DNA of 64,000 nucleotides from Lentisphaeria bacterium UBA1791 (GTDB lineage Bacteria; Verrucomicrobiota; Lentisphaeria; Victivallales; Victivallaceae): NCBI GenBank assembly GCA_002314455.1, contig DCFZ01000049.1, positions 30,362 to 94,361 of the forward strand, read 5' to 3'. Shown piece by piece: positions 46,801 to 51,775 of this stretch (position 1 is its first letter; each line of letters starts with the position of its first letter). The notes under the pieces were generated by a model. It saw only the letters and a program-made list of their open reading frames with translations, ran no database searches and was not told where the DNA came from. The position numbers and the translations under genes were made by a program.

Positions 46801-48306
46801 GAAGCGCAGGACGTGATGCTGGTCGACGAGACGATCTCGGACAAGAGTTTCCTCGACGTGGTGACGATTGGCGGCACCAACTACATCTACGGCATCAGCG
46901 CCTTCAATTCGGCGGAATCGGCGAAGAGTTCGCAGTTCCACGACGCCGAAACGGTGGTGATGACGATCGGCAGCACCATTACGGACGTTACCTACGGCGG
47001 AGGCAATATCGGCTTTGCCGGCAGTACGGTGACGAAGAGCGTCTACGCAGGCGTGGAGGTTTCCGGCGGCACGGTAATCGATAATACGTCGATTACTGCC
47101 GTCGGCGTTGAGGGCAAGGATGGTTCGTACTCCGCGTTGATCGGCGGTAGCGATGTCAAAGGTGTATATAATGAGAAAGGAAAGTTGGTGACAGCTGCTC
47201 ACGTAACGCAAAGCGGCAGTACGTCGATCACGGTGACGGGCGAGAGCAACATCACCGGCAAGGGGCTGATCGGTTCGAGCTACGTGACGGGCGGTACCCT
47301 GACGCTGAAAGGGAGCACTTCATCGATTGCCGTGGAATCCGGTAGTTTCAACAGTCTGGTCGTCGGCGGCGTGCTGCTCAACAAGGCGGGGGCCTCGGTC
47401 GTGGGCGATCTGCATACGGCGGTGACGATTTCCGGCGGCACGATGAAAGCGGTCGCCGGCGGATGCTATATCCAAAGCAGCGAAGTTCAGGCAAAGACCT
47501 CGGTTGTCGGTGTTACGGAAAGCACGGCGAATGTGACGATCTCCGGTGGCGTGATCCTCAACAGCGTCTACGGCGGCAACATCGGCAAGGTTCCGGCGGT
47601 TTCCACGGATGAGTCGAGTGAATGGGGCGGAGACACCAGTGTGACGATCGATGCGACGGAAAACAAGATCAAGATCGGCGGCAATATTGTCGCCGGCAGC
47701 GACGGTACAGGTGTCATCAGCGGCAATACGCTGATCACCTTTAAAGGCAGCGGATCGAATCTGACGATCAACGGCAACATCACGGGCGGCAGCAGCGGTG
47801 GCACGGATGGCAAAGATGCCAGTTGCGTTACGGGCAGTCGGACCCTTGCCTTTGATCAGTTCAACGGGACGCTGGGATCGAGCAATCGCAAGGTCATCGG
47901 TTTCACCAAAGTGGAACTTACCGGCAGTTCGGTGAGTCTTGCCGGTTACGGGCAGTTGGCGAGCGTCGGCGACTGGACCATCACCGACGGTACGCTTGAT
48001 TGGGGCAAAGGCGCGAATAACTTTGCCGGCGACAAGTTGAACTTGGTCTCGACGAACGATATCGGCGCGGAGGGCTGGACGGTCTTTAAACTCGGCGCCG
48101 GCTTAACGACGGGATGGGGTGGCTTCATGACCGATAGTTCGGTTACGGACAACGTCTCGGTCAAACTGACAGTTGGCGGGACGGATTACACGCTCGTCGG
48201 CGTCAAGGAAGAACAGACGGGGCCGGTGGTCTACTACGCGGATGCGAACTACAAGTTCTATCTCGACACCACCGACAACGCGCTCAAAGTGGCGAAACTG
48301 GCGTAA
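34900..48306 (+). CDS. Giant modular repeat protein, 4468 aa, beta-solenoid-like composition, no recognisable signal peptide or anchor
   Basis: ATG at 34900, 6 nt after AAGGAG, with an uninterrupted 13,407-nt frame. The protein is very rich in T/G/A/V/N/S/I/Y and poor in charged residues and Cys. It carries about 13 copies of a W-x2-L-x2-G-x-V-x(4-6)-(Y/L)TIGxDAF-A motif and 8-9 module ends of the type ITIDATG(Y/F)...ENGT(T/A)S..Y......LY(L/Y). The upstream 50 codons of the listed ORF are AT-rich promoter DNA and were discarded. Confidence 0.9.
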   Translation: MAISYYSTQWIGLATNAVVAVPGGTAVIGVDAFSDYAQAKAAGDVVLCDVFCSNDWADASGTVDVVIEGDTYTLTVGEQAFGTFAAAANQVATNSYGGVYVYTSATPVAASIYYSGAWDQLEDYTVVFVGSTVWDATGAQVSTTGGTAIIGVNAFGTKSEASAKAASYTGASITTGSSDIYLHSDWVSGVVTAGDTVAVTLADGSVVTAVYGGNAGIMSGTTAAAYRTSIENIGVTARTKNQTVYFVGGSIAQEDSTSNGGDYTWGAKTVVYNTYIQRISAGTPYTVAYTLSPELYLLEGARVGVVYAAGYAGGDKAYVYIAKDAYASSVISAQSNGERSVGIVEVDVDGGTVGTVQGANQKITEEMNFTLRNNAVGTLFRVGVDSGDDFSRLSCDVNFTIVDSSLSSGITVSHRDFGRNGWAGSFNVAIQDVNITITNSYVQAISNGTSAWSFKSYTVTLDGGSIQTLTPRVNSGDYYANYCNVTGGTATITGGTFRAMVSDAGTGDNTETNWIDSDVRFLTTTSTVVTYNNDGTITVRNGVFYNANGAANQKWIVGGTATFVGGTHNLVTLSVVGDEASTVDTMYGVEAITIDATAELIAKTTFSYNVPITIDATGFEFSGLDTRKVVLTTPGTSALTGKITVLENGTTSHNYNYERKGKNLYLTYTAVTSMAWRTRKAGETVSVGGNTYTIGVDAFASVADAKAAGYAGARSMDIFVNSAWEGTTAGETVYAVLFDGSTVAATYGENAFSTITAGGTAAASAKYNLYVVDGTYGNYYGCGRPLVFAKGYIPNIYAVQQATTTAELYILGGTVSSARAFSGAVTDGYLYMEGGTSTSSIQPGSAACATTTMEFVGSTITGVFGNNALSVSSAYSYIVRDHSVVIGDVWVGTNSGSNMSNFRGDINITVDNSQVTGGVKLSTRSTAFWAGAYSMTIQNINISVAGGTVGSFSTGGSTPWNAVKSLTVTLDSSTVTTNSTDYSQITTEITGGTATFVSGGTIVTVAGGGGSISGVVEVLEAGAQVEGNVRWVGGVATYNADGSVTIVGNGYGTKSSTSALLYIGNKYYNLQQGESVTVTGGSYARKTLHVTGGTSETGTVKGFLDAVIDADSYLYMTGNGLYQNIIVDVTGYTGGNREVAHFPSVYTDWNLLTVENGTTSKRYDAVKSGYTIQLKKRYGYFAGAWRDLETGDKVVVNGNTLTIGTSAFTTYAAMMDYVGGTVEQSNVGDFFLNDTWVAGNTVAVAINDENINFVVNDTNAFNTASAAYAAYAAAAFANGSFTVQSGTFTLDGAVSVYDLNLDAAANLTTGTLTVNGSLTIDATNYTLGDNERKLLISADQIVAGNYVLNQAGSDYYLSLEAGNLYLTHAPVYYTELWADMSAGDIVTVNGNSYTIGVNAFANYDDARTKALATGGAVRDLDTYFSSAWSANQLATIYARGGSYTGLVGNAAKGWINAYTTRDIATQAHTSEYPDGGIVVTGLTFTGRTQLETTYATPIIYKGLVSTKGGDQFTMLFDGTAAGTAKGGYAVIGENSVITTLGLAPRDASFVQGDVVVKVVDNARIGELLIGGLYDGRLGNPNETTGSLTTNVTVTVKGATVTSIYGSGYSSPTFANVTINAINTKGSRIYGAGALECDMLQGDMTVNLTSSTYGSLISWYNSNVGAAFGMKGQLRVNIVGGSNCVTDGIVLRNTDTLTIKADAYLYTRSITNYATDETRYAGTISIDATDYTGGTRMFFQTRLGGDYALAVAGNDQYKITRTAIDDGWGYYLQQKIAYYTSDWKDLAPDTVVVAGGETVKIGEYAFTTYAAAQSTGYKTSVGDFFANNTWTVGGTISETINGETLYFVVDQANAFTSAAAAYAAYKEAGFVDGSFTVESGTHTIGEDVSVKHLTIGGDLTADNVTATADLTLGANAKLTADAISAPAISIGNGAQVTATGTITATSTVTLGENAQLSAASISTADLAISSGASITVTGAISATNAITVDANATIQAASILTADFSFSHTDAIALTGALTATGTITIDATGADLAPAQSKLLVAANSIAAGSYVVLENGTASSNYVACVKADGLYLQEKNVNVVNTAWLGLADGTVVHTAYGDKTLGTDAFATFAVGVNAGKALNTLVSMDANYNTAWAAGDTVTLATVGETPVTAMVAAGNAYYLYQNNAYTTRANAIANKNQYAIAHVYGATTGQSAATYTTYDGQSHSGIVYENAQLGDVTVGIGDIYVIGSTFATRMRGYGNGAITSGDQMNYYLDNSYVKTFTNLGSSYGASLSIDINSYKLTTPDGWWNFDTNLVAVNGSTIASVNPYGRGGGANAWLDVHGSFNLTVDRSYVGAIAVGDEWGTNDFMWDEGFNIVIKNGGRIATLRFSNCGANNVTLDGGTTGSVAFAANRAARTVTGSGNTYSRAAVSAGAVTWSVTGGRQSVIMCDFTLRAADATYIGRTNSDALTVSGNSTSLQFTAAVTNNGSITVTGAAALIGNSTITNSGSITITGASELSSGSTFTNTGSITIAVGSTMTLSGNLTTTGSFTIDATGFVLDPGVYFIKVVDAKNTLSVSDFTLTGGASGMSIFVKDGDLYYGEAPVKITVAVAGIAQGETVVIGGNAYTVGTDIFASAAAALEAGHHNIESLDTYVNDAWSDLAAGEKVVVDGYTATIGTDAFAAVNSTSIAKASALGGVFRVSGNAAAACTIREVDTRYSGVSTITGNFFGNSTSGVVSNAKLLIDGDTVTTLGNTIVVVGAATVNNADITLNNASLNRIWGVQTGATALTGTLTLNVTGSTVGCFTLGGNESGWSGITAFAGNADVKFTNSIVGVIGHGYRNFGAATDGNSGANVKDYTITLANSKVGAIGTGNGTIGAVEYDTNTWIGTTSFTVNMAGSTVTTIEGGRTLTTTLGGTAVLTGGTHTGESFTGTKFYNMGGAEVFNDDGTVTYRGGTHFNEQNQVITGGTMTITGGTTMRRTVNITSGSNYVGTLSNIDALNISVGDYLKVGGTLSATLNVTVDARGYEFAPETYRTAVITSANSTFNSKFTYLQDSGDKNVFVIKGDTLYYGESDTVVSRAWVDRQTGDTVTWKSNTYTIGTDAFAYANDATAANRHYIVNADTYVYLGASAGDEVTIDGLNYTVYSASGAGREVFTAASDAATQLNSIQGKRVVMLGGTGASREWFGGASAYIENCTHYWVDGGGIIGSSGSATESTSVVFASGATIGQYWSTHGANVTNAYAEVQSGAYVDRLSVSYSGAVVTNADYRVFAGGVVGVFAGDGGLGTGGTIRYTVTGGTVRGHLNTGTSSKDNTGVKGNIVVTLTGATVGGGLLGGAGGDYVTSGDYTYTITDSYIGGTFGYTGTGGADMGSMTMANFKATVKDSRIGAMSFGRVSTTAGAFDITLDNATIGDANLSLTAPNSSSSLKGVNATIKNMTRATGNVVVIDPEFGTKVTVDGDIDLSLQNLNVTQGCVSVTGGAAGSTINGDITVNATNVVIGTSLYLLNGNAAGNISVTGNATLNFNGVSIASGIYFSTNHDAATAFTGTRSINFTGGTNTIGCINEADAAVTLNVGAVLLLTDNSKVTNAITVDASTCDYSQAQYLLISGNAPVTNNITVVNDNPSKEYEIVKSGNNVYYQQKPVYFNIAWSGLTGTVEYQGKTLTIGKDAFATYAEAGTSGRAFIYAAETYLNNTYNDTDPIVVDGYTATYDTDAFNTIAKAVEAASTAGNSLRVTGWTNGKLLNINGIKNVYISENHTATTTTVKDDTAAIASLSVSVNDSNCNVFTAVAAGSVTGALNVTADNLHTTDALYILTGTTSAGNVNVSVGGGSYLQKGLYVVNSKASVTDDVTITLGNCEIYRKGIQINDATVTGGSATVGGAKTITLEEKCTATVSAITASFDTVTIKAGATLNFGKGLADDWKDSYLFALNNLVNNGTFNYNATIGQNAYKAVAINVTGNAITSTVGNVIFTNGGTTYAAEAQDVMLVDETISDKSFLDVVTIGGTNYIYGISAFNSAESAKSSQFHDAETVVMTIGSTITDVTYGGGNIGFAGSTVTKSVYAGVEVSGGTVIDNTSITAVGVEGKDGSYSALIGGSDVKGVYNEKGKLVTAAHVTQSGSTSITVTGESNITGKGLIGSSYVTGGTLTLKGSTSSIAVESGSFNSLVVGGVLLNKAGASVVGDLHTAVTISGGTMKAVAGGCYIQSSEVQAKTSVVGVTESTANVTISGGVILNSVYGGNIGKVPAVSTDESSEWGGDTSVTIDATENKIKIGGNIVAGSDGTGVISGNTLITFKGSGSNLTINGNITGGSSGGTDGKDASCVTGSRTLAFDQFNGTLGSSNRKVIGFTKVELTGSSVSLAGYGQLASVGDWTITDGTLDWGKGANNFAGDKLNLVSTNDIGAEGWTVFKLGAGLTTGWGGFMTDSSVTDNVSVKLTVGGTDYTLVGVKEEQTGPVVYYADANYKFYLDTTDNALKVAKLA

Positions 48307-48327
48307 TGGAAAGAAGGAGAAATGAAA

Positions 48328-48453
48328 ATGGATCGCCTTGATTACGTTAAGCCTGAACTGCTGGAGTTCAGTTATGCGGTTCAAGGCGAGGAAAGTTGCT
48401 TTATCGACTGCGGGGGCGATTCGGTTTGCCCGGATGTCGGCGACGATATCTGA
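48328..48453 (+). CDS. Small acidic Cys-containing peptide ORF (41 aa; 43 aa if the ATG at 48322 is used)
   Basis: AAGGAG at 48314-48319 lies 8 nt before ATG 48328. Translation: MDRLDYVKPELLEFSYAVQGEESCFIDCGGDSVCPDVGDDI. It starts 22 nt after the giant gene stop and ends 15 nt before the operon terminator. It is too short for the supplied ORF track. Confidence 0.5.
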   Translation: MDRLDYVKPELLEFSYAVQGEESCFIDCGGDSVCPDVGDDI

Positions 48454-48468
48454 AATTGTCACATTTCA

Positions 48469-48502
48469 AGCCGAAGTGCAAAACGCGCTTCGGCTTTTTT
48501 CT
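48469..48502 (+). terminator. Rho-independent terminator closing the giant-gene / small-ORF transcription unit
   Basis: A 9-bp perfect stem AAGCCGAAG/CTTCGGCTT with an 11-nt loop, then TTTTTCTT. Confidence 0.75.
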
Positions 48503-48530
48503 TGCAAAAAAACGGGATGCGGCTATATTA
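48503..48530 (+). promoter_or_regulatory. Candidate promoter for the HD-domain gene (TTGCAA - 16 nt - TATATT)
   Basis: Hexamers at 48503-48508 and 48525-48530, directly abutting the preceding terminator T tract. Confidence 0.45.
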
Positions 48531-48558
48531 AAAAGGTTCAATTTTGACAGGGGCTTTT

Positions 48559-49116
48559 ATGGACTGGGCAGAGATATTTTTTTCCATCTATCCTGAAAAT
48601 ACGCCGATGCGGCAACTTTTGTTGAAGCATTCGATGCAGGTGCGCGACAAGGCGTTGTCGCTGATCGATGAATCTTCGCACGTCGACGCCGCACTGGTTG
48701 CGCAAGCGGCGATGTTGCACGATATCGGCATCGGCAAGTGTTATGCGCCGTCGATTGGTTGCGATGGCGCCGCGCCTTACATCGCCCACGGCATTCTCGG
48801 CGCGGCGATGTTGCGCGAATACGGCAAGGCGCACCGTCAAAATCTCGAAGCGTTTGCGCGCATTTGCGAGCGGCACACGGGGTGCGGGCTAACCGCCGCC
48901 GAAATCGTCCGGCAGAAATTGCCGCTGCCCGTCGCCGATTATCTGCCGGAAACGCTGGAGGAATTGCTTGTCTGCTACGCCGATAAATTTTACTCGAAAT
49001 CCGGTGATATGGCAGAAAAAAGCCCCGAATCGATCCGGCGTCAGCTGGAAAAATTCGGGGAAGATACGCTTCAGCGTTGGGATAAAATGGCCAAACGTTT
49101 CGGAGTGTGTCGTTAA
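48559..49116 (+). CDS. HD-domain (HDIG-type) metal-dependent phosphohydrolase
   Basis: 185 aa from ATG 48559. The H...HD motif (AAMLHDIGIGK) is followed by HG..GA..L and CERHTG.GL, as in small stand-alone HD hydrolases. Confidence 0.8.
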   Translation: MDWAEIFFSIYPENTPMRQLLLKHSMQVRDKALSLIDESSHVDAALVAQAAMLHDIGIGKCYAPSIGCDGAAPYIAHGILGAAMLREYGKAHRQNLEAFARICERHTGCGLTAAEIVRQKLPLPVADYLPETLEELLVCYADKFYSKSGDMAEKSPESIRRQLEKFGEDTLQRWDKMAKRFGVCR

Positions 49117-49122
49117 CGTTTC

Positions 49123-49611
49123 TTATTTTTTCTCACGCGTGATCCCCTCGGAAATTTTCCGGCAGATCAACCGCGCCGCATTTTCGAGCAACTTCGTTTC
49201 AGCGGCGGTGCATCCGGCGAAGTATTCCATCATTTTCAGATTGATGCGGTCTTCCTGTAAATTGATTACATCGTTTGCCTTTTTGGTCAGCGAGATGATG
49301 ACGTTGCGGCGGTCCGCCGGATCGTCTTTGCGCTCGAAAACACCGAGTTTTACCATTTTGTTGACAAAAATCGACGCTCCTGCCGAGGTCATGCCCGTTT
49401 GCTCCATCACACAACTTAAGTTGCAGGGCAGGTGGTTCCGCACTGCCAGCAAATGATTGTACTGTTGCCGGGGCACGCGGAGCTCGTCGACGTTCCATTT
49501 CGCATTGATCAGTCGCCGCCGCTCCACATCGAGCATTCGGCACATCAGCTTGAAAATTTCGACCATGTCGAGCTTTTCGAGTTTTTGAGGTGTAATTTTA
49601 TTCTGATTCAT
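49123..49611 (-). CDS. MarR-family transcriptional regulator
   Basis: The start is set at ATG 49611 (MNQNKITPQ...), 4 nt after the stop of the upstream secretin gene. Winged-helix region: QYNHLLAVRNHLPCNLSCVMEQTGMTSAGASIFVNKMVKLGVFERKDDPADRRNVIISLT.KA. Confidence 0.85.
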   Translation of the reverse strand: MNQNKITPQKLEKLDMVEIFKLMCRMLDVERRRLINAKWNVDELRVPRQQYNHLLAVRNHLPCNLSCVMEQTGMTSAGASIFVNKMVKLGVFERKDDPADRRNVIISLTKKANDVINLQEDRINLKMMEYFAGCTAAETKLLENAARLICRKISEGITREKK

Positions 49612-49615
49612 AGGT

Positions 49616-51757
49616 TTACCGGATCTCTTTGTATTCATCGTCGTAAAGATTGCCGATCTCGTCAAGACGTTCCAATCGGTCTTCGCGGTCGGGATCGAGC
49701 CACAATTGCTGGAAGAGCATATTGCCGAAGCGGCTCTTCATACCGGTGTTGACGCCTTTGATGATCTTGCCGATGTCTTCGCGGACGTCGCTGCCGACCG
49801 CATCGTCGAAGTTCGAGTATTCGACGTGGGCGATCAAGACCAGCTGGCTCTGCTTGATTGATTCCGTTTCCGTCGAGAAAAGTCTGCCGATGATCGGCAT
49901 ATCCTTGAGGTAAGGCAGGCCCGCGGTGCCGCGCACCGCCTCGGATTTGCGCAAGCCGCCGATGACGAAGTCCTCACTGCTGTAGCTGATCTGAACCGTC
50001 GTTTTGTTTTTCGAGTTGCTGGTACGGGCGGAACCGTCGGAATTCCAGCCGAGCAGCGAAATGCTGTTGAGGTCAAAGGTGAGTTGCGCCGCCTTGCCGG
50101 TGACGACCGGCGTGACCGTGAGGTTGAATTGGAAACCGTCGGTCGGCATCGGGTACTGGATCCAGCCGTGGATGATGCCGGGCGCGGCGTCGACGGCATT
50201 CCAGTCGGTGTTGTAATAATTGGCACGGGTCGAAGTGCCATCGGCGGAAACATAGCCCGTCAACCATTTGGAAAGCGCACTCGTCGCGGTGTCGCCGCCG
50301 AGTTTGGCGATCGCGTCGTGCGTGAGGATCGTACCCGTCTGGGTGCCCATCACCCGCATCGTGTAACCCGCTTCGGCGAGGTAATAGAGTTTGCCCTGCG
50401 ACATCAGTTGCTGACAGGCGGCGGTCGCATAGGCGGCGGCTTCCGTCGCGCTCATACCCTTCATCATCGCGCTTTTGTAAGCGCTGGCGTAGGCGGTCGC
50501 GTAGTCGGTCATCCCCGTCTGATTGTAGGAATCGGCGATCATGCCGGAGGGCATGATTTTCGCCATGGATTCGCGCAGGATCGTGTCGGGATTCGGGTCG
50601 GTGTAGGTGAATTCCTGACACCCCTCGGCAATCGAAGTCGCCCCCGCCGTGTAGTAGGTGCGGTCGTAGAAAAATCCGCTGTTGACCTGAATGTTGCTCG
50701 GTTTGCGGTTCTGGGCGACGATGACGCCCTCGGCGAGACACTTCGCCTTGCCGATCGAAGTCATGAAATCGAGATACCGGGTGTTCCATTTGGGGTTGAA
50801 GTTCCAGTAGCTCGTGCGGTTGTTGCCGGAGGGCTGGACGCCGCTCGTAAAGAAGGTACCCCAGTTGCGGCGCACGACCGTGCCGGCGGAAAAGAAATCG
50901 ACGCCTTCGTTGTTTTTCCAGCTCTGGAAGTCGACGCCGATGCGGTCGTCGTTTTCGGCGTAGATCTCAAGAACGCGGTAGGAAATTTTGACTTCGGGGA
51001 TCTGCCGGTCGTATTTCTTGAGCATTTCCAGCATGTCAGCCCAGTTCCATTGCGGCGCCTTGACGATCAATGCGTTGAGTTCGGCGTCGACGAGCACCGT
51101 GCCGGGCGCGACGGCGAATTCCGGGTCGAGTTCCGAGGAACCGACCTTGATGAGCATATCGCGCAAATTGGCGGCGCGGCTGATGCGGGGAAAATAGACG
51201 TGCGCTTCGGCGTCGGGCAGATAGGTCAGCCCGGGGCGGTCGAGCGATTTGACGATGTTGTCGATGCCGCGCCCCTCTTTGGAATCCTTGAAGCGGTAGG
51301 CTTCGGCGGAAACGAGGAGCACACCGGTGCCGTCGGCGTATTGGACGGCGGTCACCTGCGCGGGGCTGGCGATGACGCTCTTGGCGCCGACGGCGGCTTC
51401 CAGGTAACTGCGCACGGCGTAGACGTCGGCGTGTTGCAACACATAGGGTTTGGTGATGACGTAGGGATCCGTGTTGTCGCGGATGACCTTGACTTCGCGG
51501 GTGCCTTCCTTGACGTCGATCTTCAGTTGCGCCTGAACATTGCTCGGCGCGTAACCGCCGGTCATTTCGTTGTTGGCGGAGCGCGGCGTACCGGGAATCG
51601 CCTGCGGCGTCAGATTGACGTCGCGCGTCTGTTGCGCGGGTACCGGCTGATAAAGGATCGGCTGCTGCGGTTTTTGCCGCTGCTGCGGGTTGTCGCATCC
51701 GGCAAAAATGAGCGCGGCACCGAGAGAGAAAGTGGTCCAGAAAAATTGCTGTTTCAT
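49616..51757 (-). CDS. Secretin-family outer-membrane channel protein, lipoprotein form (paralog A, 713 aa)
   Basis: Lipobox LIFAGC. N-domain-like segments YVLQHADVYAVRSYLEAAVG and ALIVKAP. Secretin domain start: PEVKISYRVLEIYAENDDRIGVDFQSW. Hallmark C-terminal block: VIGGLRKSEAVRGTAGLPYLKDMPIIGRLFSTETESIKQSQLVLIAHVE. Confidence 0.85.
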   Translation of the reverse strand: MKQQFFWTTFSLGAALIFAGCDNPQQRQKPQQPILYQPVPAQQTRDVNLTPQAIPGTPRSANNEMTGGYAPSNVQAQLKIDVKEGTREVKVIRDNTDPYVITKPYVLQHADVYAVRSYLEAAVGAKSVIASPAQVTAVQYADGTGVLLVSAEAYRFKDSKEGRGIDNIVKSLDRPGLTYLPDAEAHVYFPRISRAANLRDMLIKVGSSELDPEFAVAPGTVLVDAELNALIVKAPQWNWADMLEMLKKYDRQIPEVKISYRVLEIYAENDDRIGVDFQSWKNNEGVDFFSAGTVVRRNWGTFFTSGVQPSGNNRTSYWNFNPKWNTRYLDFMTSIGKAKCLAEGVIVAQNRKPSNIQVNSGFFYDRTYYTAGATSIAEGCQEFTYTDPNPDTILRESMAKIMPSGMIADSYNQTGMTDYATAYASAYKSAMMKGMSATEAAAYATAACQQLMSQGKLYYLAEAGYTMRVMGTQTGTILTHDAIAKLGGDTATSALSKWLTGYVSADGTSTRANYYNTDWNAVDAAPGIIHGWIQYPMPTDGFQFNLTVTPVVTGKAAQLTFDLNSISLLGWNSDGSARTSNSKNKTTVQISYSSEDFVIGGLRKSEAVRGTAGLPYLKDMPIIGRLFSTETESIKQSQLVLIAHVEYSNFDDAVGSDVREDIGKIIKGVNTGMKSRFGNMLFQQLWLDPDREDRLERLDEIGNLYDDEYKEIR

Positions 51758-51775
51758 AAGTTTGTGCCTCGCGGT

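Noticed and set aside
35038-47211. Series of long minus-strand ORFs inside the giant gene (e.g. 37321..40761 1146 aa, 42433..44451 672 aa, 45010..46362 450 aa, 46393..47211 272 aa) and many short plus-strand off-frame ORFs
   Set aside because: All are embedded in a single 13.4-kb open plus-strand frame that has an SD, promoter and terminator. The alternatives are R/D/G/A-rich with no starts supported by an SD. An uninterrupted 4468-codon frame cannot arise by chance.
34900-48306. Assignment of the giant protein to BspA/TpLRR leucine-rich repeats (because of ..IG..AF..), to RTX/T1SS substrates, or to classical autotransporters
   Set aside because: The TIGxDAF motifs occur singly, hundreds of residues apart, rather than as 23-aa LRR arrays. 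No GGxGxD nonapeptides are present. There is no N-terminal signal peptide and no C-terminal beta-barrel or translocator-like segment that I can see.
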